DNA from: Microbotryum violaceum | Lineage: Eukaryota | NCBI GenBank assembly: GCA_001244265.2 | Contig: CDLV01000014.1 | Coordinates: 930,001 to 994,000 of the forward strand | DNA: 64,000 bases | Reading direction: 5' to 3' | In this document: positions 51,087-64,000 of the stretch, one piece after another | Layout: the number at the start of each line of letters is the position of its first letter | Numbering within the stretch: position 1 is the first letter of the stretch | Program-made: the position numbers and the translations under genes | Notes under the pieces: model-generated | Told to the model about the DNA's origin: nothing | What the model saw: only the letters and a program-made list of their open reading frames with translations | Databases searched by the model: none

Positions 51087-51752
51087 TTGAAGCCAACCGA
51101 CCATACGATATGTTGCCTCTCCTGTCTGCTCCCGGCAACGCGTCAGCGTTTGCCGCTCCGACCCGCGGGCGAGGTTGGCACTGCGGTGTGGCATGTGCTT
51201 CAAAGCCGGCAGATTTCGTTCAAAGAGCGTCTGGATCGGCTCGCCGAACGCGATGATCTCTCGGTTGTCTGGTTCAGAACGCGTTCACCCGCAGTTCATG
51301 AATCGCGGCCCTCGGCATTCGGTTTGATCGGGGGACTTTTCGCCGGACGGGCGAAACAGGTGTTGCGCCGTTCGCGCGGTAGTCCACGTCATTTCGGTCG
51401 CCGCTTTTCGACGCTGAATAATACCAATTGCAGAGCCTCGTCGTTGAGTCGAGCCGCCGCTCATCAGGTCCTTCTGCCGTGGACGTGCGCCACACAACCA
51501 TCGATCTCGACGCATTTCGAAGCACGCATTTCGAAGGGAACTTGGCCTGACCCCGATCCAGCCGCGGAGCAGGCCGAGCGAGACCGCGATGACGTGTATG
51601 AAAGACGAATGGAAGAACTTTTGGGTTCACGATCGGAGCAGGAGGTCGAGGAAGAAGATGATGCTGAGCTCGGGGAAGGCGGCGGAGACTCAGGCTCGAC
51701 AAGGGGTGAAGACTCGGACGACCTCGAGATTCTCGACGAGCCCAAGGGCTAA
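51087..51752 (+). mobile_element. possible collapsed transposase remnant (MULE-like motifs)
   Basis: LPATRQRL...WHVLQ and NNTNCRA.S loosely resemble MULE FP...QRLC.WH and TNN..ES motifs; acidic tail. Weak match. Confidence 0.25.
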
Positions 51753-52233
51753 CTAGGGATGGTTTGGCGCATTTGTTGACTGTAGATTATGGGTTATTGA
51801 AGGGATTTGCTTTTTGTATGCGGCCCATATCGCACATGGTGGGATGTGGACGCCAAAGTGCACAAAACTTGAAGTAAATCGAATGTCAGCCTTAATTCAG
51901 GCGTTGACGCATTGACGACCACGATCCCACGAGCCGGTCGCCACGGCCACAGTCGCCGAACGGCAGTGCTTGAAGGTTCTGCTAAGTTAAAGACTGAAAT
52001 TTGGTGCGCATCGGTGCTGACATTTGCAGGTTCAGGTTTGGGAACGTTGCCAGACCCGTGGGCCCGGGGGGCGGGGGCCCTGGCGGGGAGGATTGGTGGT
52101 GTTGTAGTTGTTCTGTTCCAACAGCACCCCAAAGTGGGGCCAGACGCGTTCCGAGTGAACAACGGCACTCACTACTAGTACTAACACGGAGGACCTGAGG
52201 TCTTGGGTGCGTGACCCTACACGCCCACCGCGC

Positions 52234-53170
52234 GTGTACCCCCGTCGGAGGGTACGCAGCGGAAGTTGCAGTGGCGGAACGCTCGTTGTACAATGCTTGC
52301 GATAATATGTCAGCAAGAATCGATGAAATACGTCACCGCATACCTTCTACTCCGTTGACGTGACGTTGACGTGATAGTTTATGTAGTCGAGTGAGCAGGG
52401 ATATCGCTCCATCGGCCAAGGACCTTGTACTATAGGGGCTGTGTACTCCCGGGGGTACACAGTCATTCGGCGCGCGGGGTGTGGCCACTCCCGGGAGTAC
52501 ACAGCCGGGGTACACAGGCGCTTTCCCGCTTGCGCCTTGTGTACCCCCGGGGGTGCAAAGTCGGTCACCGGTGGCAGATCACTGTATAATAACATATACG
52601 AGTCTCCAACGGCGGGAGGTGAATCCTTTCGGTAACTTCAGACACATCCTGGACTTTGAGCGGGTACATGGAAGTTCGTTGTAGTGCAGTTTCGCTCTGC
52701 TCTGCTCGGTGATTCGAACCAAGAATTCAGCTAAGGAAGTGCGTTGGCCTTGCGGGCTTTTCAGAGTGCAAGTCGGATGTAGCAAACAAATTTTTCGTCG
52801 GTCTTGTCGCAAGAGGTTATTCCATTCCGTAACCCCAGACACATCCTGAGCTTTGAACGGGGGCGTGGAAGTTTGTTGTAGTGCAGTCAGCAAGGCCGTC
52901 GGCGGCGACGGACCGCGCCTGAGCCGTGGAACCCCAGGGGTACACAGCTGGAGAGGGCACCGGTCGTGTGTACCTCCGGCGGGTACACATCGCCACGCCG
53001 GTTGTACAGTGCTTGTTAAGAGTGTCCTAGAATTGATGAAGCATGTCGTCGCATACCGCTTCCTCATTTCCGGAGGCGCGGGACTCTGTTGTAGTGTATC
53101 TACGCCCTTCCCTAAGGTTAAAAATTGAACAAGGATTTCCGCCTTCGGAGTGCGTTGTACCCTCGGGTGA
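52234..53170. repeat. cluster of palindromic GTGTACCCCCGGGGGTACAC-like motifs
   Basis: Variants at 52234, 52441, 52487, 52506, 52539, 52931, 52968 and 53156. Confidence 0.8.
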
Positions 53171-53274
53171 ATCATGGTTGCAGCGCAGGATCTCCATTGA
53201 CATAACATACAAGCTAGACGGCTACACACGCTCACGGAAAACTCGAGACGGTCATTGCCTAACTGGTGAATTGA

Positions 53275-54726
<1,452 letters not shown>

Positions 54727-55865
54727 AATCGAGAATGTGCTACTGTGTGTTACAATAGTTGGTGCTCGTCTTAGAACTGAGGCGGGTCTGATTTGGCGCT
54801 GAGCGGGGGGAGGCTAGAAGAGACAGCTCTGCGGGCGACTGCACAAGTACTTTCTAATAATAGGTCAATCTCATTAGCAAGTTGCCCTAGTCCTCGGGCC
54901 ATCTAGCAACACGGGTTGCAGACGGGCGACATGTATGGCTACGGCGCGCGGAAGTGAGAGTCGGAGGCGCGCAGCGCGCGCCACTTTTTAGCCGTGCTTA
55001 TATATATAGCCAGAGGTGGTGACGAGGGCGGACGAGCGGGCTCCAGGATCCAGGTGCCTACGCGCGACATTTGGCGAAATCGTAACAAAAATTGCGGTCG
55101 GGAAAGATGGGTGCCGAATCAACCACTCTCTTGGTATACAAGTCTGGATCGCAAGCAGGGTCGTCTGGTCATTCCAAAGCGCCCTGTCTCGGCAAACAGG
55201 ATCGGTGGCTGTCCAAATTCCCGTGCGTAGGGGCGAATCTTGCGCCGGCCGCGCCGACTGTGGTCATTTGAGGAAAATAGTCAAGGACGCGACAGGAATG
55301 GGACTTAGCCGGGCGCGGCGACCTCCGAGTGACGGGTCCATACTTGGTGACACATCCCGCGGTGCCAGGAACAGACAGCCCCTAGATACCCAAATCGTCC
55401 ACGCGGCCCCCCTCCCTTGACCAAGCGCCGGCTCCCCATCGCTCGAATGCCGACGTTAGCTTTGGCAATTTTAGCACGCCTGTACCGAGATTCTGACGGG
55501 GTTGCAACGGAGTTTATGTTGTACGTACGCAGACTGGTCACACTACTCGCGAGCCAGACACAATTTGCTGTCGAACAAGATAATGATCGGAAATTTTGGA
55601 TGCCTCCAAAGGCGCAGTATCGTCCTGTTGTATCCGGCCGTCTCGAGTGGTCCCCCTGGAGCCACCTCTTAAAATCCACCTTTCGTCGCTCATGCCATCT
55701 GGGCGAGATGGTACAGAGTTGAAGCTAGTAGTGGTTACAATACTTGTCCATAATTCTGTAGTACAGAGCATGATGATACGATGCCAAAAGATAAGCCAAG
55801 TCGTTCAGAGAGCGAGCCTTCCCCCGGACATTCAAGCTCTGCAACATGTCGTCGATTACGAACTC

Positions 55866-57281
55866 TTATAACTTGGCGAGTTCGGCCTCACACAGCTGGT
55901 GCAGCTCATCAGCTCGAGCAGGATCGTTGGACTGGGTTGTCGGGTGTCCAACGCGGCCCCAAGGTTGGTAGTATTTGCCATTGATCTCTTCAGGCGTGAG
56001 GATCGTTCCAGTGTTAAGTTGCGTAAGGGCACCCATTGTCAAGGGATACGACATCCACCTCACGATGCTAGCCACGAAGCCGGGGAGATGTCGTTGCAGC
56101 TCCGAGTTGATCATGCCGGGATGCAGAGAGCAGGCGACGATGTCACCGGCGTGCTCGCGCCCCAAGTAGTTGGCGTGCGCGATGTTGCCCGCTTTCGACT
56201 GGCCGTAGAGTGCACTGTATAGAGACGATCTCGTTAAAGTCTGTTCATGTATTATGGCAGGATCCTGTGGGTGCGCTCTCACCTCCTGGCGCCGTATTCT
56301 CCCCATTTCTTGATAAGCGCATCTCGCTTCTCGCCGCCGACAAAGGAATCGACATCCCAAACCTTGTTGGGGGCGCTGGTAGGAGCATAAGCGTGCGCCA
56401 GAGACGACGTGTTGATGACACGACTCGGTGTACCCGAAGCCGACTTGGAGGCCTTCAAAGCAGGGATCTGAGGGCCAGGGTTGAAAACTAGTACCGAATT
56501 TTCACGGGGCGCCTCGGCGTGTACTCACAAGCAACTTTGTGAAGTAGTATGGCCCGAGGACATTGGTGCCCCACTCTGTAAAAATCATTAGAGCGATCGT
56601 GCGTGACCAGAACAACGTCCGTAAGTCCAAAAGCCACTCCTATCATGGCTTACGCAGGTCGTAGCCGCTCTCGGTGAGCTGGCCTGTCGGCGGAGTCATG
56701 ACACCGCTAGATTTCCAGGTCGGCCAAGGGGTCAGTCAATCAGCCATTGATCAACACTGTTATGTTTAGGGTCCCGCGCCCCACTCACGCATTATTGAAC
56801 AACACGTCGAGCTTTTTCTCCTTACTCAAGAATTCTTCGGCGCTCGGCTTAATTGACGCCAGATCGCCGAGGTTAAGCTTGAGAAAGATTGCCTCTCTAC
56901 CGGTATCTTGTCTAAGACTGGCAATTGCCTTCTCGGCCTTGTCTTGGGATCGAGCGGCGAGGTAGACCTTGGCGTTCTTCTTGAGAAGCGCCTTGACGGT
57001 TTCGTAGCCGATGCCAGCGTTGCCTCCGGTGACGATGATGACCTGCCAGGCCGGCGAGCGAAATGGGCAAGACGTGCGATGACAAGCGAGGATGCGACCA
57101 GGGTATATTAGAGAAAGAGAGGATGAGTTTAGGTCATATGAGGTAGACAAGGAGAGGACGGGGGGCTCACCTTGCCCGACAGGTCAGGCATGTCCTCGGC
57201 GGAGAAGAGGGCGGCAGGCGGGAAGAAGGTCGTCGACAGCGTCGAAGTGGGCGCGATCTTTTCTAAGAGGGAGGACAACAT
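55866..57281 (-). CDS. short-chain dehydrogenase/reductase (retinol-DH/WWOX-like)
   Basis: [59 protein letters not shown]. Confidence 0.92.
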
Positions 57282-58077
57282 GGTCAAAGCTGAATGCAGG
57301 TGCGTATGAGCAGGTGAAGTGGTAGTGGTGGATAAGAAGCAGAGGCGTGTCGAGCGTTGCTACAAGGCTTACCGAACGAGTCGAAAGGCGAGTGCGGTGT
57401 GAATCACTGCTTCTTGCTAGAACCAACTATTCAGGCTCGCAACATCGCCTGTTGCTCGCTCGAAACTGCATAATTTTTTGCTTTTCGCGCTTTTCCACGC
57501 CTTTCCACGCCAACAAACGTCTTCTCCCCACACTTTTGTTCCAACACGAACAAGTGTCCCACCTGCAGTGCGGCGATCTCCATACCCATGTCGGACATCA
57601 ATCTCGGAGGCGGCGAGAACCTCGCCCCACCCCCCGGCGGTGCTGGTGGTGCTGGTGGTGCTGGTGGTGCCGGTGGTGCTTGCGGCGCGGTGGGTGCTGG
57701 CGGCCCCGTTGGTGCTGGTACTGGCGGTGCTGGTGCTGGTGGCAGCGGTCTTGGTGCCGCTGATGCGGGTGCGAACGCGTTGGGTGGTGGGGCGACCAAC
57801 CGTTTTGTTTCTGCATCGTTTGCAGATCGACGTCCTTGGATCACCCACCCTTTCATCTCTGCCGCAATTTGACTCGGATGCCTTCACTCGCTCCTCGTCC
57901 GGAGCCTTGTACCCTAAATCCTCCAATCGCCAAGTGTGCTTCGCCTTCAACAACGGCTGGCATTCCTCGGACCATTGCCACACCGGCCGTATCCACGTTT
58001 GTTCAATCTGTGGAAACTCCGAACATTCCCGCCGACAGGTCGTAGTCGTTCCGATCGTGCCTGACTCTGAACACTCA

Positions 58078-58305
58078 GTATCGCCATATTCGGCTGTACT
58101 TCTATCATACGACCATAATCGACATTACCTCTATTATAATACGGTCATATTCCGCTTTCTTATATCATATTACGGCCATATTCGGCGTTACTTCTATCCT
58201 GTGGCCATATTGGGCTTCACTTCCATCATACGGCCATATTCTTACGGCCATATTCTATCATACGACCATATTCAACCTTGACAACTTTCATACGGCCGCA
58301 TCCGT
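58078..58305. repeat. degenerate ~30-bp-period repeat with core TACGGCCATATTC
   Basis: About nine cores between the gag-like and RT regions. Confidence 0.75.
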
Positions 58306-60356
58306 CCTCGAATACGGTGTTTTTCTCTTATAACGTGGTCGCTCTCTCCTATGAAGTGGTCGCCTTCTCGAACCCCCCTCTTCGACTGCGTATTCTTTCG
58401 TTTCCTACGTTTCCCACGCTTCCGGTGTCACCTGCCCAGGTCTTGGCTGGGCATTCCACACAGGTTCGCTGACCAATCTGTTGCGTTTGATCCGCCTCCA
58501 GAATAAACGACTCGGAACCCCTCACTCTCTCCGCCTTTGCTCGCGCCTTCAACGGATGTCACCTCTACAGACACTTCCTCATCGTACATATCTCCTACGG
58601 ACCCTTCTCAACGGGACATTGCTCTTCCTGTACATATGCTTTCAGATGTTTCTTCGTCGGCGAGAGCCCCTAGGTCGGCTGGGGATAAACTTTCCGCTCT
58701 TCCTTCCATCACGGATTTACGTGCAGCGTTGACTAAGGTCGTTACCCCCCTCAACCCTGATCAATGGCAATCGGCCGTGGACTGCCTTCGCATACACCGC
58801 GGCAACACTCCCTTTGAACAAGTTGATTCGATCCCGACCCAAATCCGCGAGGGTTTCGACTTTGGCCTCCGTCATCTTCCGAGGGAGCCGTTTACTCCGA
58901 GCAACCACATTTCGAACGATGATGACGCATCTCGTGAGGCAGCGGCCAAGGAACTTCTCCGTCTCCTACGCGACGGTCGCATCGCGGGGCCCTTTGACTA
59001 CGACTGGCTCCGCCTTCAAGTCAGCTCTTTCCGCTCGAATCCGCTGTCGGTGATCGAAAAACGACGCGAACCTGGTCAACCCCCGAAACACCGCGTGATC
59101 GAGAATATGTCGTACCCGCGGGCGTACGATGAGCTCACCGAGATCAAAACAAAAGCTGCAACGACTAGCTGGCTGCAAATGTTTTCCCGTGTAGATGGAC
59201 AACGCTTGCCCAGCCTATACGGCAGTTTCGTGCTTTACCGCCGTCAATGCAGTGTTTTGGTTTCGACTTTGCAGATGCTTCTACCAAGTTCCTCTCTTGC
59301 CGTCGCAACGGCTGCACATGACGATCTGTTGGGAGGGTCGAATCTACATTCGTCGAGTCCCCTGTTTTGGCGGTCGAACCACTCCGGGGGTGTTCGGTAA
59401 TCTAGCGGACGTAACCCAAGACTTCCTCGAGTTACGTTTCCCCTCGATCACGATCTTCAAACAGGTGGACGACGTCATCGTATTTTGCCCAGATGCCGCT
59501 GTCCCTTGACAAGAGATTGAAGAAGCGATTTCGGACTTGGGCTGGAAGCTCGCGCCCGATAAAGGTTTCGACTGGACTCGCCGTTTCACTTTTTCCCCAA
59601 GCGCATACACCAAAGTTCGGGCGCTCCACAATGTCCGGCGGAAGCTTTCCGAATAAAAGGAGTTTCTTGGGGACGCAAACAACCTAGTGTATTGCTTCGC
59701 ACTGAAACCGCCCTCCATCCATGTCGACGCTTCCTCCGATGCCAGTGAAATAGCCCTCGGTATCGTCATCGATTCGCGTGCGAGCGTTTTCCCGTTGCCG
59801 TCGAACTGGAAAGAACTTCGGGATGCGCACATCACCGTCGCGGAAGCCTGGGCCGTCGAGAGCGCTCATCGCACTCAATTTTCGTCATGTTAGGCTTTCG
59901 ATTCGTTGCGACAGCACGGGCGTCCTCTATAGTTGGAGGAAAGGGAGGTCGATGAATTGTTGGATCAATAAATCGTTCGAGCACTTACGCCAACTCGAGG
60001 CAACTCATGATGTGTCTTTCGTCGTCGACTATGTCCATACCGCATCTAACCCTGCGGACATTGTCTCTCGAAACACTATCCTTCCCTCTCATCTTCTTCC
60101 TTTCGACTTTGATCTGGAGCATCCGATGCAGCGTGTGATTGCACACTATCGGCCCATACCGTACTTCACGTTTTAGTCTCCTCAGACTCCACTAGCCGTC
60201 CTCGTATGGACTCGGAGCTCTCACGGGTTGTTGCCTTTTTCTTCTGGGTTTCTCCGTTTTTCTTTTCCTGCTTGTTGCTTCGTGCTGTGTGTGTTCTCAG
60301 CTTACTCTGGTGACTCCCCCCGCTTTTCCTTTGAGTAAATTAGGATCACCGTCAGG

Positions 60357-60905
60357 ATGTATCCCTCGATCTCTGCTCTCCATGTGGGACCTCGAATCGA
60401 GCTCCACCTACCGTTCGACAAGGTACAACGTCATCAAGGTGACTTCATCACCATCGTACCGCGATTGGGGAAAGGTCCCTGCCCCTATAACCTGCTTTCG
60501 TTGCACTTGCAAACGAACCCTCCGCAAGATCAACCGCTTTTGTCCTATCAATCTAAGGGACGATGGGTTCCGTTAACTCGATCCCGGTTCCTCTCGCGTG
60601 TGAATCAAACCTTGAAGGCAGCGGATCGTCCGCCCGTATCCGGTCACTCCTTTCGTATCGGTGGCGCCACCCATTACCTTCTCGAGGGGATTCCATCGGA
60701 AACAGTGAAAGTTATTGGTCGCTGGAAGAGCAACTCATTTGAACAGTACTGGCGCCAAGTCAATCTCATCGCGGCCCGCGCAATGTCAGGCGATGTTTCT
60801 CAGCTCAGCTCGCCGGGAGGTGCACTTTTGGTTCAAGCCTACGATCAATTAGAGCAGTTTGAGATTGCGTTTGACGAGCTCGCAAGTGCGGAGGGTGATT
60901 TGTGA
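60357..60905 (+). pseudogene. tyrosine recombinase C-terminal part of the YR retroelement
   Basis: LHLPFDKV...CP...PLTRSRFL...SGHSFRIGGAT...VKVIGRWKSNSFEQYWR. Confidence 0.9.
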
Positions 60906-61059
60906 CTTGCCTCCTGCTCATCCTGCGCTCCTCTACGCTCAGCTTGGGTCTCTTCGCGTTGACCGTGTCTCCGCCCGTCCCCTAATACGTTCCGCCGCTT
61001 CATGGTTGCAGTGATCTTCATTGTGAAATGTGGGATATCGAAATCACTTAGGAACTCGC

Positions 61060-61211
61060 TTGGTTTGGGCTGGGGGGCGAGCTCTCCCTTCAACCCCCTG
61101 TATTCCCCCCCTTCTCGGCCTCGCTCACGGCGGCGCAATCTGCGCCGGTTGGGTCGCCGGTTTTTTCGTGGGGCCGTGTCGTGAGGGAATTCGCCCCCAA
61201 GCCCAAACCAA
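61060..61211. repeat. 21-bp inverted repeat at the 3' end of the YR retroelement
   Basis: TTGGTTTGGGCTGGGGGGCGA (61060-61080) vs TCGCCCCCAAGCCCAAACCAA (61191-61211), 1 mismatch. Confidence 0.85.
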
Positions 61212-61516
61212 AGCCATTTATTATATATTATTTATGTTCATCAATAGAGATCGGCACAAAAGTCGTTCAGTTGGAGACTGTTCGTCGTATTACTTGGCCG
61301 ACACGAGACGCTCGACGCGCGACCAAGCGCCTGTGAAATCGCGATTGAAATTGCGCGGCCACTCGGCAGGCAATCGAATGGAGCGAGCGAGAAGAGGGTG
61401 AGGCGATGACACCCGCAGTTTTTTTATTTTGTATTATGAATGCGAGTGCCGGTAATGCGAACGACATCCTTTGCTACCGACGCTAACGGCCTTGCTCTGG
61501 AGCTCCAGCCTCAAAA

Positions 61517-63120
61517 TCATTCTTTGGCTGCCGGCAGCTGTTGCTCGCACCAAGCGGCAAGATCGTCTTGAACCTTCTCGTCATGAAACACCGGTGGGAG
61601 CTCGACAAGCCGTGCGACAGGGACAAAGTACTGTGAAAGCAAGCGGAGGCGTCGGACAGGGTCAGTTCTGAGCGACTGCGTGCCAGAGTTGCTCGGCACT
61701 CACCTTATTCCGGACGCCCTCTGCCGCAGCAATCGTCCCAGCCCATAGCCCTGTCATGGCACCCATCTCGACCGATCGCAAGATCATGTTGGCGACTATT
61801 TTCATCACGATGTTGGCGTCTCGGTGGATGTCGGATTTGATGGCCCCTGGGTGGACGGCGACACAATCAATCTCGTTTGGGTATTGCCGGCCTAACCAGA
61901 AGCAATGCACGATGTTGCCAGCTTTGGCTTGCCCGTAGAGTTTACTGCATCAAATTGAACCGAGCTCAGCTTTACACGCACAAACACGAGAAGCCAGTGC
62001 GTGCGTTGTACTCACGATCGAGCAGCAAACCCACTCCCCCATTTCTTGAGCAAAGCTTCCCTCCGCTCGCCCCCCAGTAGGCTATCGGCGTTCCATAGCC
62101 CGTTCTCGCCATCCCTCACCGACCACCCGGTTGCTGCCTCGGATGCAGTCCAGACTATCCGAGCCGGCTTTCCCCGTGAAGCAGCCGAAGCGCGGAGTGA
62201 GGGAATCTGGAGACAGGCGAGCCTGAGTGAGTTGGGGCTAATGGTGAGCTCCGAGGGAGAAGGACACTCACGAGATATTTGACAAAGTAATAGTGACCCA
62301 AAACATTGGTTCCTATGACCCGACCAAAGCGGAAAAAGACTTGTCAATTTGCCCGCTCGAGAGGTTGCAAATCCCTAGTCCTCGGCGACGAACCAAAAGC
62401 TGCGAGAGGAGGAAAAGAAGAAGGTTCAGCAAGACCATCCGATAAGGATTGATCATCTTGACGCATAGCTCACTGAGATCGTATCCATCTTTGGTCAATT
62501 GATCGACCTGAGGCATCGCGACACCGCTGTTCGTTGAACAAAGCAGCCCATCGGATGAGCTCAAACCCCGGGTCTCGGCGATGGGTCACCTCGTCCGATC
62601 AATGGAGCTGCACTCACGCATTAACGTAGAGCAGATCAAGCCGTTCCTCCAGGCTCGAGAACTGTTCCGCACTCTTCTTCAACGAGACCAAATCGCACAA
62701 ATCCATCTTGATCCAGATCGCCTTCCCCTGGACATTCGTTTGCCGCTCGAGCGCCTCGATCGCCTTCATTACTCGTTCCTCACTCCTCGCGGCGATGTAC
62801 ACTTTGGCGTTCTTGAGCATCAGCCGCTTGACCGTCTCGAGGCCGATACCGGCATTCCCTCCCGTCACCATCACGATCTGTGTACCGCATGCACCAGCAT
62901 GTCAGTCGCCACATCCTCATAGGGCACGGAGTATCGTTCGCTCGAACGACCCGTCGCCCGCACTGTCTCCCGAAATGGGACCCGTTCTCGGAGTTGCAGC
63001 CTCGCTCACCTGGCCGGTCATATCGGGCATATCCCGCTCGGCATCGTACGCGGACGGAGGTGGGAGCCAGGATCGACTGATCCCACTGTTGGGTGCGATC
63101 TTGGCGACGATGGAACCCAT
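61517..63120 (-). CDS. second short-chain dehydrogenase/reductase, paralog of 55866-57281
   Basis: [47 protein letters not shown]; similar intron positions. Confidence 0.9.
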
Positions 63121-64000
63121 ACTTAATTCGAGTCGAGTCGAGGTCAACGGTACGAGACAAAAAAGTCGAAGGAAGTCGAATGATTAGCGCCGCGCCGGCG
63201 GCGCAATAGTCGCGCAATAAATTAACCTACTTCCGTATTTTAATGACTTTTAATGAAGACGCCCGGAGCCTTTTCCCGGAGCCTTTTCCGTTCCTTTAGG
63301 GTTGTAGCCGCGCTTTTCAACTCCCATTGGCTACTCTCGCGGCGACCAGTCAAATCCCGGCATGGGCCTCGAGATTAATCAAAGCTCTAATGAATGACAG
63401 TATTTAACGGCAGGATAGGACACCACCAAACCAGAAGCATCCGTATGAACTACACGATGGCATGAGCTCCATTTATTAACAATCGTAAAAAATACTATAA
63501 ACTGCTTGCAAGGAAACGCAATCACGTAATTTGGATCGAACGCCAGAGGTGGCCCTGTCATTCGGACCGCATCTTGTCCGGCGAATGGCGCTCTCAGTGC
63601 AGAACCTCTTTCGTCTCGGGCGTGTGCTCCTCGTCTTGTGCCTTCTTCTCCCTGATACCGAAGTTCTGTGTGGCGCACAGCTCTGGATTAATGGTGAAGA
63701 AAGCACTTGAGCACAACGTCGAAATCTTCACCTCATCGGTCTCCGTCTGCAATGCCAACGACTCCATGAACAGCGATGCGATCAAGCCGACTCCACCCTG
63801 TGAACAATCGCGTGCAGAATGAAGTCAGCAGGGGGTAGGAAGCACTTGTGGTCATCATACACTTCGAGCGCAAACTTACGAAACCGATCATGACCTGCCA
63901 GATGCGTTGAATTGAATGAGCGAACGCGAGTCGGACGGTGCTCCTCAGGGGTTCGGGCCTGCTCATTCACCGATCAGCGTCAGTCCAGTGGGCACGACAA

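Larger units (their letters stand above)
57480..61240 (+). mobile_element. DIRS/Ngaro-type tyrosine-recombinase retrotransposon, degenerate
   Basis: Order is gag-like Zn finger (VCFAFNNG...HVCSICG..EH), RT (IAGPF, SNPL, PCFGGRTTPGVF, QVDD), RNase H (VDAS, AEAWAVE, CDSTGV, NPADIVSR), then YR. Confidence 0.9.

Noticed and set aside
52234-53170. CRISPR array or REP elements from palindromic repeats
   Set aside because: Irregular spacing, variable repeats, fungal DNA.
55400-55850. Possible TE protein fragment on +
   Set aside because: No recognisable motif and multiple stops.
57417-57983. Thr/Ser-rich and Pro/Ala-rich antisense ORFs
   Set aside because: Shadow frames of the Gly/Ala-coding GGTGCTGGT repeat in the gag-like region.
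63379-64000. Short minus-strand ORFs at the window end
   Set aside because: No recognisable family; probably degenerate or truncated by the window edge.

Overview
Eukaryotic, intron-rich fungal DNA. Gene content and intron style point to a basidiomycete, plausibly a Microbotryomycete such as Microbotryum (inference, not proven). Apparently intact host genes: Vps72/Swc2 (3' part), a small membrane protein, a secreted histidine-phosphatase/PGM-like protein, CMK1-type kinase, PLAC8 protein, GH105, GH5 exo-glucanase, SFT2, a myosin-motor chitin synthase, a Cap64-like SGNH protein and two SDR oxidoreductases. They are interleaved with much degenerate mobile DNA: Ty1/copia, Helentron-type and Helitron remnants, a DIRS/Ngaro tyrosine-recombinase retroelement, and two inverted, internally deleted AcademH-like DNA transposons (RecQ-like helicase convergent with a transposase N-terminus, recognisable TIRs). 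Several host genes are damaged: striatin lacks its WD40 half, a GAF protein is frameshifted, and there is an inverted mosaic SDR duplicate. The most interesting observation is an XPG/FEN1-family nuclease gene lying head-to-head with the transposase of the second AcademH-like copy, where that copy's left TIR is missing. This suggests a possible Academ lineage carrying both a helicase and an XPG nuclease. No rRNA, tRNA or CRISPR array is supported. All family assignments come from motif recognition by eye, with no database search.
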